From assembly GCA_051859245.1 (NCBI GenBank), contig JBHYGA010000004.1:800001-864000 (forward strand): a stretch of DNA of 64,000 nucleotides. Direction: 5' to 3'. Below the pieces are notes generated by a model, which was given only the letters and a program-made list of their open reading frames with translations, searched no databases and was not told where the DNA came from. Positions 9,315-18,380 of this stretch are shown here, piece by piece. Source of the DNA: Gemmatimonadaceae bacterium (GTDB lineage: Bacteria > Gemmatimonadota > Gemmatimonadetes > Gemmatimonadales > Gemmatimonadaceae). The stretch's first letter is position 1. Each line of letters opens with the position of its first letter. The position numbers and the translations under genes are program-made.

Positions 9315-10725
9315 GCAGACAGACGTGAGGTCACTCGGAAGCGCGCCCCTGGGCACACCTGTGCGTGAAGGCTGGACACCTCTCGCCCATACCGTGTGCA
9401 CCCTTCTGTTGATCTCGCTGAGCGCCGTGCCGCTTCAGGCACAAGAACGCGTCGATCGCGTCAGGGGTGTTGTATTCGACAGTCTCGCGAACGAAGTGCT
9501 GGCGAACGCATTCGTCGTTGCCAGCCCCGGTGGCGCGACCGCAACGTCGGATTCACTCGGCCGGTTTGAGTTGATCAGCGACGTACGCGTCGCGCAGCTC
9601 ACCGTGTATCACGAAGCGTTGGACGGCATGGGACTTGGCGCGATCTCGGTTGAGCGTCCGGTCACGGCGTCGGTATGGCAAGACGTGACCGTGAGCACGC
9701 CGTCACTGAACACGATCTGGCCACGTGTGTGCGAAGGCCCGCCTCCGCGGAATGCGCGTCTCGGTATTGTCACCGGCACCGCGCGTCTTACGGACAATAC
9801 AACGCGCGTATCCGGTGCCAAGGTCATTGTGCAGTGGAAGCCGACCTCAAGTGGACCAGACGAGCTACAGAGCCTGGAAGCCACCACCGATTCGCTCGGC
9901 GACTATGTGCTGTGTGGTATTGAAGCATTCACGGAACCAATCATGGCGGCGCTGTCGGATCGCGCACAGTCCGGCGTGATCGCTATGCCATTGCAGGTGC
10001 GACCGCTCCGGCGCGTTGATCTGATTCTTGCCACGATTGATTCAGCACGCGCGCCAGAGGTCAGCACCGTTCGCGGACGCATGGTCAATGCACAAGGTGC
10101 GCCGGTGAGTGAGGTACGCGTGAGTATTGATGGACGTGAAGGGGAAGTACTGAGCGGTGACGACGGGACGTTCACGCTCACCGACGTGCCGCTGGGTACG
10201 CGCATGCTGGCGGTGCGCGCGGTAGGATACTCTCCTGTGTCGCAACCGGTAAATGTGTTGAGCGCACCGATGACGCCGCTGCGCATCTCACTCGCGCGCG
10301 CGGTTGAACTCGAAGGTGTGCGAATCACGGAGCGCGCCATCGTGCGGCGGGAGCGAAGCGAGTTTGATTTCAGGCGCCGAGCCGGATTCGGTCAGTTCGT
10401 CGACTCAACAGCGATCGCGCGCGCTCCGAATGTTCGCGCGGCGATACAAATGACGCATGGCGTGCGAATCACGGCGTGGGTTCCGGAAGGGAGCAATGTC
10501 CCCACATCCGGCTTTGATATTCGTGGGCGCAATGGTTGTAGAGCGCACATCTGGCTTGATGGTACGCCCTCAACCATCGACGAAGTGAATGCTGTTCCGC
10601 AAGCGAACATTGCCGCCATCGAGTTCTATTCGAGCGTCGCCTTCGCTCCGGTGCGATCTATCAACGTGCGCGCCGATGTGTGCGCTGTCGCGATCGTCTG
10701 GACGAAAAACGGATTGCGTCCGTGA
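9298..10725 (+). CDS. secreted CarboxypepD_reg + plug-like protein, paralog 2 (start uncertain: 9298, 9325 or 9361)
   Basis: Colinear with paralog 1; ends VWTKNGLRP. Confidence 0.8.
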   Translation: MDYAREQTDVRSLGSAPLGTPVREGWTPLAHTVCTLLLISLSAVPLQAQERVDRVRGVVFDSLANEVLANAFVVASPGGATATSDSLGRFELISDVRVAQLTVYHEALDGMGLGAISVERPVTASVWQDVTVSTPSLNTIWPRVCEGPPPRNARLGIVTGTARLTDNTTRVSGAKVIVQWKPTSSGPDELQSLEATTDSLGDYVLCGIEAFTEPIMAALSDRAQSGVIAMPLQVRPLRRVDLILATIDSARAPEVSTVRGRMVNAQGAPVSEVRVSIDGREGEVLSGDDGTFTLTDVPLGTRMLAVRAVGYSPVSQPVNVLSAPMTPLRISLARAVELEGVRITERAIVRRERSEFDFRRRAGFGQFVDSTAIARAPNVRAAIQMTHGVRITAWVPEGSNVPTSGFDIRGRNGCRAHIWLDGTPSTIDEVNAVPQANIAAIEFYSSVAFAPVRSINVRADVCAVAIVWTKNGLRP

Positions 10726-12095
10726 GGAACGTTGTTGCGGCGCTTGCGCTGGCGTGGATGCCACTCGCAGGTGCGCAGGCCCAAAACCCACCGCCCGTGA
10801 TCGACACCGTGCTCATCACCTCCTGCAAAACGGTGTGCGATGTGGTGTCCGGCGTGGTGTACGACAGCCTCGTCCGCGAGCCACTCGCTGGCGCGCTTGT
10901 GGTCGCACGGCCGAGCGGTATCACCGTGACCACCGATTCGGTTGGACGCTTTCTCATCTCCAGCGAAGAGCGCGTGAACGAGCTCACGGTGTATCACGAA
11001 GCGCTCGATAACATGGGTCTCGGTGCGCTCGTGACAACGAGACCGGCGAACGCCGCCACGTGGACGAATGTCACCATTGCCACACCGTCGCTGCTGACCA
11101 TCTGGCCCAAGATCTGTGGCGGTGACAAACGGCCTGTTGGTCTGCGTGCGGTAGTACTCAGCGGTTCGTTACGTCTCGCCGACAACAACACGCGTGTGTC
11201 GGGTGCGAAAGTGCTGGTGCAGTGGCCCAAACCACCGGGCGCCAGCGGCGACGATCTGCGCTCTACAGAAACGGTCAGTGATTCGCTCGGCAACTTTCTC
11301 GTGTGTGGTGTGGAAGAGTTTGCTGAGCCGTCGCTGCTGGCGATCTCCGCCGAAGCGCAATCAGGAATCGTTACCATGCCCGCCGACTCACGTCCGTTGC
11401 GGCGCGTCGACCTGGTGCTTGGTCGCCTTGGTGCAGGCGCAGCGCGGGCCTCACTGCGCGGCATCATCACGAACAACACCGGTATTCCGCTGCGCGATAT
11501 GCGTGTGGGCATTGATGGACGCGAAGGAGAAGTTGTCACCGGGAGCGACGGCACGTTCACGCTCGACAACGTGCCGCTCGGCTCACGCATGCTCTCGGTG
11601 CGTTCGGTTGGCTATTCGCCGCTGTTGCAAGTGGTTGATGTGCTCGAAGCAGACAACGCGCGCATTACGATCCCCATGGAGAAACCGTTTGCGATTGAAG
11701 GTGTGACCGTGACCGCGCGAAGCATCGTGCGACGCGATCGGCAAGAGTTCGAAATGCGGCGGCGCGCCGGATGGGGACGATTTGTGGACTCGACGGCGAT
11801 CAATCGCGTGCCCTTCGTTCGCCAGGCGCTGCAGTCGGTGCCCGGTGTGAACGTGACCACGTCGCCCTATTCAGCAACGGAGTTTGTGATCAGGGGACGC
11901 CGCGGATGCCCGGCGATTTTCTGGGTAGACGGTGTGGAAGATCCCGATGGACTTGTGCAGCGTATTCCCAAGGAGAACATCGCCGCCATCGAGGTATACC
12001 CGAGCTCCGCGCTTGCTCCGGGGCGCTACGTGAAAGTCATGGCCGATGACTGTCCGGTCGTGCTCTTCTGGACCAAGAACGGGCTGCGTCCGTGA
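10722..12095 (+). CDS. secreted CarboxypepD_reg + plug-like protein, paralog 3
   Basis: GTGA start/stop overlap with paralog 2; signal peptide AQAQ; ends FWTKNGLRP. Confidence 0.8.
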   Translation: MRNVVAALALAWMPLAGAQAQNPPPVIDTVLITSCKTVCDVVSGVVYDSLVREPLAGALVVARPSGITVTTDSVGRFLISSEERVNELTVYHEALDNMGLGALVTTRPANAATWTNVTIATPSLLTIWPKICGGDKRPVGLRAVVLSGSLRLADNNTRVSGAKVLVQWPKPPGASGDDLRSTETVSDSLGNFLVCGVEEFAEPSLLAISAEAQSGIVTMPADSRPLRRVDLVLGRLGAGAARASLRGIITNNTGIPLRDMRVGIDGREGEVVTGSDGTFTLDNVPLGSRMLSVRSVGYSPLLQVVDVLEADNARITIPMEKPFAIEGVTVTARSIVRRDRQEFEMRRRAGWGRFVDSTAINRVPFVRQALQSVPGVNVTTSPYSATEFVIRGRRGCPAIFWVDGVEDPDGLVQRIPKENIAAIEVYPSSALAPGRYVKVMADDCPVVLFWTKNGLRP

Positions 12096-13588
12096 GTGCG
12101 ACTGTGCGCCGCTTCGCGATCGCCACGTGTCGATCCGTAATGGCGACGGTATTGACCGTCGCATCAGTCGCATTGACGAGCACAACCGCGAAGGCGCAGG
12201 ACCCACCGCCGCTTCAACTCCCGGACACGCTGCTGGTCATGATCTGCAAGCAGGCCTGCGATGTTGTGAGTGGTGTTGTCTTTGACAGTCTCGCCGACGC
12301 ACCGCTCAGCGGCGCGTTCGTTGTCGCGCAACCAACGGGCGTCACCACCACCACCGATTCACTCGGACGATTCATCATTGCCAGCGACGGTCGTGTGCAG
12401 CAGCTCACGGCGTATCACAGCGCGCTCGACGAGCTCGGACTCGGCGCATTGACGGCGTCACGTCCCGCCGGTGATGGCGAATGGAAACGCGTTCGCATTG
12501 CGACACCGTCGCTGCCCACGATCTGGCCGCGACTGTGTCCCGCGACTCCTTTGCTGCGCTCGCGTGGTGTGATCCTCACCGGAAGCGCACGCTTGAGCGA
12601 TAACACCACGCGACTGGCCGGAGCGAAAATTCTTGCGCAGTGGCCCGCACCTCCAACAGATATCGCCAGTGACGCGCCGACCTCTGCACAAACGCTGACT
12701 GATTCCAGCGGCGGTTTTGTTATCTGTGGCGTCGCGGATTTTGTGGAGCCGGCGATTGTGGCGCTCTCCGCCGAAGCGCAAAGTGGTGTTGTCTTGCTGC
12801 CTGCGGATCCGCGGCCGTTGCGGCGTGTGGATCTCGTGATGGCCCCAACGACTGCGACACCAACGATTGTTCGTGGCCGCGTCGTGAATGAGTGGAACGC
12901 GCCGCTTCCGGATGTGCGCGTGAGTATTGACGGGCGTGACGGGGATGTCATCACCGGCAGCGACGGCGTGTTTCGACTGCCAGACGTGCCGTTGGGCTCG
13001 CGCATGCTCTCAGTACGCCGGATTGGATTTCCTATGGCAATGCAGGTGGTACACGTGGTGGAAGGCGACATGGAGCCGTTGGACGTGTCGATCACGCGCA
13101 CCTACACGCTCGGTACCATCAAACTCTCGCCCACTGAAACCGTACGCCGCGAGCGCGCCGATTTTGAACTGCGCAAACGCACAGGCGTCGGGTTTTTTAT
13201 TGACTCCACCACCCTGCAAAAGGCACCCGATTTACGAACCGCGCTCAAGGCCGCACCAGGAATCTCGATTATTGAGCCCATCGCCCAGGCCGCACGTCAG
13301 CCCACGGCGGCTGATCGTGCGCAGGTCGTCAGCGGTGCCCCCACCTCGTCGCAAGTGGTATTTGAACTGCGCGGCCCGGGCACTTGCCGTCTGAATGTGT
13401 ATCTGGACGGTGTGCTGGACCCCGCCTACACCCCACTTTTCACCAACAAGGGCGAGTTCGCCGCCATCGAGGTGTACGCGCGCGCGGCCGACGTGCCGCG
13501 TGACATCATCGTCTCGCGTCGCCAGACCGTGTACGCCAGTCGCTGCGGGGCGGTCTTTTTCTGGACGCGATTCGGACTCCGACCCTGA
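12092..13588 (+). CDS. secreted CarboxypepD_reg + plug-like protein, paralog 4
   Basis: GTGA overlap with paralog 3; signal peptide AKAQ; ends FWTRFGLRP. Confidence 0.8.
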   Translation: MSATVRRFAIATCRSVMATVLTVASVALTSTTAKAQDPPPLQLPDTLLVMICKQACDVVSGVVFDSLADAPLSGAFVVAQPTGVTTTTDSLGRFIIASDGRVQQLTAYHSALDELGLGALTASRPAGDGEWKRVRIATPSLPTIWPRLCPATPLLRSRGVILTGSARLSDNTTRLAGAKILAQWPAPPTDIASDAPTSAQTLTDSSGGFVICGVADFVEPAIVALSAEAQSGVVLLPADPRPLRRVDLVMAPTTATPTIVRGRVVNEWNAPLPDVRVSIDGRDGDVITGSDGVFRLPDVPLGSRMLSVRRIGFPMAMQVVHVVEGDMEPLDVSITRTYTLGTIKLSPTETVRRERADFELRKRTGVGFFIDSTTLQKAPDLRTALKAAPGISIIEPIAQAARQPTAADRAQVVSGAPTSSQVVFELRGPGTCRLNVYLDGVLDPAYTPLFTNKGEFAAIEVYARAADVPRDIIVSRRQTVYASRCGAVFFWTRFGLRP

Positions 13589-13652
13589 TACTCATCCCAC
13601 CCGTCTTGCCCGCATGGGTGGTCGCGCGCCTCGTGCTCCGTCATTTTGGTGT

Positions 13653-15074
13653 ATGCAGATTCTCACGTCCCCCCGCTCCATCGCCGCCGCGCTCCTGGTT
13701 GGGCTGACCACCGTGTTGGCGTCCGCCGAGTTCACGCACGCGTCGTCGATTCCAGGTGCTCGCACGCCGCACGCGGCACCAGACACGGTGCGCGGCCTCG
13801 TGTACGACAGCCTCACCAACACGCCGCTCGCCGACGCGTTTGTCACCGCCGAGGGCGCGGGTGCGTCCACCACGAGCGATTCACTCGGACGCTTTACGCT
13901 CGTGAGTGAACAGCGCATTACGCGCATCACCGCGTTTCACGAAGCGCTTGACCAAACTGGATTTGGTGGTGTGCAGGCCGAACGTCCGGCCAACACGGAG
14001 CGGTGGACCAACGCAACGCTGGCCACACCGTCGCTCAACACGGTCTGGCGCAACGTGTGCAAACTGGAGCTGCCGGCCGGCGACAAGCGCGGTGTACTGG
14101 TGGGCAGCGCGCGTTTACCCGACAATACCACGCGCATTGCCGGTGCCGCCATTCGTGTGCAATACGAAGTGATTCTGCCGCGTACTGGACTCGCGCAGCT
14201 TGAAGAACTCGAGGCCATTACCGATTCCCTCGGCAGCTTTGTGGTGTGTGGTGCACCCGTGTTTGGCGAAGTGGCGGTGATTGGCTTGTCGTCACAGGTG
14301 CAGTCTGGTGCCGTGCGCGTGGCGTTTGAATCGCGTCCGCTGTTGCGACTTGATCTGGTGCTCGGGCCCGTTGACGGACCGGTGGCCAAGTGGCCCACGA
14401 TTACGGGGCGCGTGGTATCCGACAGCAACACTGCGATTGTGGGTGCGCAGGTATCGATTGACGGACGTGATAGTGCCGTGATCACCGGTGCAGACGGCAG
14501 CTTCACATTGCGCCAGGTACCAACAGGCTCGCGCATGCTCACCGCGTCGGCGACCGGATTTCCCGCGCTGGCCGTGCAGGTGGACGTGCTCAACGAGAAT
14601 ACGCCGGCCGTGACGGTGCAGATGCAGCGCGGCTTTACCATTGCCGGTCTTGAAGGACTCAATGTCACCGAGCGTACGACAATCCGTCGCTCACGGCGCG
14701 ATTTTGAAGAACGGCGCGCCGAAGGACGTGCCTGGTTCGTGGATTCCAGCGAGATCTCGACCGCGGGTTCGTTGCGTGCGGCACTCACCGGGGTGCCTGG
14801 ACTGATGATCGAAACGGCCATTGGCGAGACCGACGAAAAGCTCTTCGACATTTTTTCGTACGGCCGCAACTTCGGTGTGCGCGCCTGCCAGGCGGCCCTG
14901 TTCATTGATGCGGTCCCGGCCAAAATCGCCGATATCCGGGCCCTCGCCGTGGCTGAAATCGCCGCCATCGAAGTGTACCGAAACGAGGCCTACGCCCCGG
15001 AAATCTTCAGCGCCTTCGCCAAGGGCGACTGTGCCGTGGTGGGCTTCTGGACCCGGTTCGGCCTGCGTCCGTAG
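13653..15074 (+). CDS. secreted CarboxypepD_reg + plug-like protein, paralog 5
   Basis: Start ATG 13653 (MQILTSPRS...); same domain order; ends FWTRFGLRP. Confidence 0.8.
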   Translation: MQILTSPRSIAAALLVGLTTVLASAEFTHASSIPGARTPHAAPDTVRGLVYDSLTNTPLADAFVTAEGAGASTTSDSLGRFTLVSEQRITRITAFHEALDQTGFGGVQAERPANTERWTNATLATPSLNTVWRNVCKLELPAGDKRGVLVGSARLPDNTTRIAGAAIRVQYEVILPRTGLAQLEELEAITDSLGSFVVCGAPVFGEVAVIGLSSQVQSGAVRVAFESRPLLRLDLVLGPVDGPVAKWPTITGRVVSDSNTAIVGAQVSIDGRDSAVITGADGSFTLRQVPTGSRMLTASATGFPALAVQVDVLNENTPAVTVQMQRGFTIAGLEGLNVTERTTIRRSRRDFEERRAEGRAWFVDSSEISTAGSLRAALTGVPGLMIETAIGETDEKLFDIFSYGRNFGVRACQAALFIDAVPAKIADIRALAVAEIAAIEVYRNEAYAPEIFSAFAKGDCAVVGFWTRFGLRP

Positions 15075-15152
15075 GGCTCGCTGATGGCCGCCGGGGGCGT
15101 GCCACGGGGTGGAAAGACCCCGAACCGTCCCCGGATTGGTTAGCTTTCATGA

Positions 15153-17051
15153 ATGTCCAATACCGCAACGCACCTTGATCACACGGATTCGTCCGTGGCA
15201 TCAACTATAGATACGACCGAACTGACTGGCTTCGCCTCGCTCGGCATGGATGTTCGCCTTCTCTCTGCGCTCACCGCGCTGGGATACGAAGAGCCAACAC
15301 CGATTCAAATGGCGGCCATTCCGCCACTGCTCGCCGGACGCGACGTGCTCGCGATGGCAGCCACTGGCACTGGCAAGACGGCGGCCTTTGCGCTGCCGCT
15401 GCTACACAAGCTCAATCCCAACGCACGCGCCGCCGAACGCACCGCCGGCCTCGTGCTCGTACCCACGCGCGAACTCGCCATGCAGGTGGCCGAGGCGGTG
15501 CATCGCTACGGCAAGCCGCTCGGCATTACGGCGCTGGCGATTTACGGCGGCGCACCGATGGAGCCGCAGCTCAAGGCGCTCAAGCGCGGCGTCGATGTGG
15601 TGATTGCCACACCGGGACGCGCGCTTGACCATTTGCGTCGCAAGTCGCTGTCACTCGCGCACATCAAAGTGGTGGTGCTCGATGAAGCCGACGAAATGCT
15701 CGACATGGGTTTCGCCGACGATCTCGAAGCGATTCTCGAGAACACACCGCCCGATCGTCAGACGGCGCTGTTTTCGGCGACGTTGCCGCCGCGCATTAAC
15801 TCGATTGCCAACGGTCACCTCACCGATCCAGTGCGCGTTCGCATTGATCGTGAGATCGTGGCCGACGGTGCAACCGCGCGTGTGCGTCAGGTTGCGTATG
15901 TCGTCACGCGCAATCACAAGATGGCCGCGCTTGGTCGTGTACTCGATGTGGAAAGCCCCACGGCGGCGATCGTGTTCTGTCGCACGCGTACGGAAGTTGA
16001 CGAACTCAACGAAACGCTCACTGCACGCGGATTGCGCGCCGAAGCGTTGCACGGTGGACTGTCGCAGGATCAGCGTGATCGTGTGATGAAGCGCTTCCGT
16101 GCCAAGAAAACTGATTTGTTGATTGCGACAGACGTTGCGGCGCGCGGACTCGATGTTGATCACGTGTCACACGTGGTGAACTTTGACGTTCCGTCAGACG
16201 CCGAGGCATATGTGCACCGCATTGGTCGTACGGGTCGCGCGGGTCGCACCGGTATCGCGATTACGCTCGCCGAACCGCGTGAACATCGGTTGCTGCGCAA
16301 CATTGAGCGGCTCACGGGTCAGCCAATCTCGATTGAAGCGGTGCCCACGGTGTCTGATTTGCGCGCGCGTCGTTTGGAGCTCACACGCTCGGCGTTGCGT
16401 GACGCAATCCTTGAGACGGCGAAAACCGGTGGTGATGAAGCGGGTCACGAAGTGATCGCGTCGCTGGCCGAAGAGTTTGACATTTTTGATATCGCCGCCG
16501 CTGCGGTGCGTTTGCTTGACGCCGGTCGACAGGGAACGGAAGAGCCAGAGATTCCCGTGGCGAGTGTGCGTCCTGAGCGCACGTCGTCGTACAGCGGATC
16601 GGCGCCGGGTGGCGCGCGTTCATTCCCGGCGCGCACGTCGCGCAGTGAACGTTCGGAGCGTTCGGAGTCTGGTGGTGGCCGCAGTGATCGTCCGAGCAGC
16701 TCGCGCGGTGAACGTCAGACGGGTGCCGCAGGACGCATTGCTGCGTCAGGCAGCGAAGGTGCGGCGGCCAAGCGTGCGCCAGCCAAGCCGCGTGCGCCGA
16801 GTGCTGGTGGTTCGCTCACCAAGTTGTTCATTGGTGGCGGTCGCAAGGCCAAGATTCGTCCAGGTGATCTTGTGGGTGCGATTGTGAATGAGACCGGTGT
16901 TGCGGCCGCTGACATCGGCGCGATTGTGATCAGCGATCGTCATTCCACGGTCGAAGTGCCGTCAGCGAAAGCAGATCAGATTGTGCAGGCGCTCGGCGCC
17001 GCGCACATCAAGGGCAAGAAGGTGCCGGTGCGTCGGGATCGCGTGGGGTAA
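15153..17051 (+). CDS. deaD: DEAD-box RNA helicase with DbpA-type C-terminal RNA-binding domain (DeaD/CsdA-like)
   Basis: Q motif, ATGTGKT, PTRELA, DEAD, SAT, HRIGRTGRAG, IRPGDLVGAIVNE. Confidence 0.92.
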   Translation: MSNTATHLDHTDSSVASTIDTTELTGFASLGMDVRLLSALTALGYEEPTPIQMAAIPPLLAGRDVLAMAATGTGKTAAFALPLLHKLNPNARAAERTAGLVLVPTRELAMQVAEAVHRYGKPLGITALAIYGGAPMEPQLKALKRGVDVVIATPGRALDHLRRKSLSLAHIKVVVLDEADEMLDMGFADDLEAILENTPPDRQTALFSATLPPRINSIANGHLTDPVRVRIDREIVADGATARVRQVAYVVTRNHKMAALGRVLDVESPTAAIVFCRTRTEVDELNETLTARGLRAEALHGGLSQDQRDRVMKRFRAKKTDLLIATDVAARGLDVDHVSHVVNFDVPSDAEAYVHRIGRTGRAGRTGIAITLAEPREHRLLRNIERLTGQPISIEAVPTVSDLRARRLELTRSALRDAILETAKTGGDEAGHEVIASLAEEFDIFDIAAAAVRLLDAGRQGTEEPEIPVASVRPERTSSYSGSAPGGARSFPARTSRSERSERSESGGGRSDRPSSSRGERQTGAAGRIAASGSEGAAAKRAPAKPRAPSAGGSLTKLFIGGGRKAKIRPGDLVGAIVNETGVAAADIGAIVISDRHSTVEVPSAKADQIVQALGAAHIKGKKVPVRRDRVG

Positions 17052-17058
17052 TGACGCC

Positions 17059-17286
17059 GTGACCGATCGTCGGGAGGCGCGCGCGAACATGCCGGTGCGA
17101 GTGTACCGGCTGGGCGAGGAGCCGTCCGATGATTTGTCGGCGATCACAACGGCTGATCAGCGCCTCGCCATGGTGTGGGAGCTGTCGGCGCGCATGTGGG
17201 CGCTCACGGGAAAACCGTTGGCGAGTTACACGCGAGCAGAGATGCCGGTGCGTGTGATCAGGCGGGGTGTGGATGCAGACGTTTAG
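17059..17286 (+). CDS. small hypothetical protein (75 aa), overlapping the downstream nucleotidyltransferase
   Basis: GTG 17059; TADQRLAMVWELS helix; MPVRV motif near both ends. Confidence 0.65.
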   Translation: MTDRREARANMPVRVYRLGEEPSDDLSAITTADQRLAMVWELSARMWALTGKPLASYTRAEMPVRVIRRGVDADV

Positions 17287-17740
17287 CGACGACTGGATTG
17301 ATTTCCTGAACGCATTGCTCGCCGCCAACGCGCGCTTCCTGATCGTTGGCGCGCACGCGCTGGCTGTGCACGGTGTGCCACGCGGCACGCAGGACCTCGA
17401 TGTGTGGGTTGACCCGGATCCGGAAAACGCAAAGCGTGTCTGGACGGCGTTATGCGCGTTCGGCGCACCGACGGGCGCATTGCGGTTGGGTCCGAATGAC
17501 CTGAAGCAACCGGACGTGGTAATTCAGCTGGGTGTGCCGCCAAATCGCATCGACGTGCTCACGTCACTCAGCGGACTGGAAAGTTTTGAGGTTGCGTGGG
17601 CTGATCGCGTTCAGAGTGTCGTGGGCGAGATGACGGTGCCCGTGCTCGGCAGGGAAGCGCTCCTTGAGACGAAGCGCGCGTCCGCGAGACGCAAAGACCT
17701 CGCGGATATCGAGGCGCTGGGTGAAACGCCGGCGTGCTAG
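17273..17740 (+). CDS. nucleotidyltransferase superfamily protein (DUF6036-like)
   Basis: FLIVGAHALAVHGVPRGTQDLDVWV (G...DxD motif); C-terminal KRASARRKDLADIEAL. Confidence 0.8.
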   Translation: MQTFSDDWIDFLNALLAANARFLIVGAHALAVHGVPRGTQDLDVWVDPDPENAKRVWTALCAFGAPTGALRLGPNDLKQPDVVIQLGVPPNRIDVLTSLSGLESFEVAWADRVQSVVGEMTVPVLGREALLETKRASARRKDLADIEALGETPAC

Positions 17741-17912
17741 TCGCTTCTTTGGGCTCGCGATGCTCGACCTGTACGAGAATTTTAAGAACTCGTCCGGTCC
17801 GTTAAACCAGTCACAGCTCCAAGCGTGTACCACATTCTCGTATCCAAACTTGGCGCTCGAGCCAAATGATGCCATACAGACTGGAAACGCGTGCGCGAAG
17901 TAGCGAACTGCC
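17741..17912 (-). pseudogene. possible deletion-fused remnant of an SF1 helicase with a C-terminal very-short-patch-type nuclease
   Basis: One frame reads AVRYFAHAFPVCMAS..SAKF directly followed by VVHAWSCDWFNGPDE; both resemble motifs of such proteins (recall only). Confidence 0.25.
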
Positions 17913-18380
17913 TTTTTGGATTAGACCCGAGAGTTGGAGCAAGCAGCACTGGCGCGGCGATCGTTTGAGCGCGTTGCGATGGCGGCGGGTCGGCAAAAAA
18001 CGCACGCCACTTTGACGTGAATACAGGTCGACCGTCGCCTTGCGCTCAATGCTTTCATGCGGTGCAGCGCCATTCCTGACAAGTTACATTGTCCGACAAT
18101 CGGGGGAGCGCAATCATTAAGCCAAGCTACAAGCTCGGGACGTCGCTCAAGGTTCTGGGATTCTCGAGGGTGCAGATGTGAATGACGGATCCGTTTCAAG
18201 CGAGCTGATGCAGAACATCTGCCTCTAGACGATCACATACTCAGCCGCTCATCGTCACGAAATGCAGCCGATACTGCAATTCCGTCTGACGTCGCGAAAT
18301 TGGGGTTGCGCGTGGTTGACCCAGAAAGAATATTCGCGATTCGCTGCAGTACAGCTCATATCCAGCGCGAGAACTAAGTA

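Noticed and set aside
7971..15074. Diversity-generating retroelement or recombinational shuffling behind the paralog array
   Set aside because: No reverse transcriptase or recombinase, and no near-identical template/variable repeat pair; the copies differ throughout
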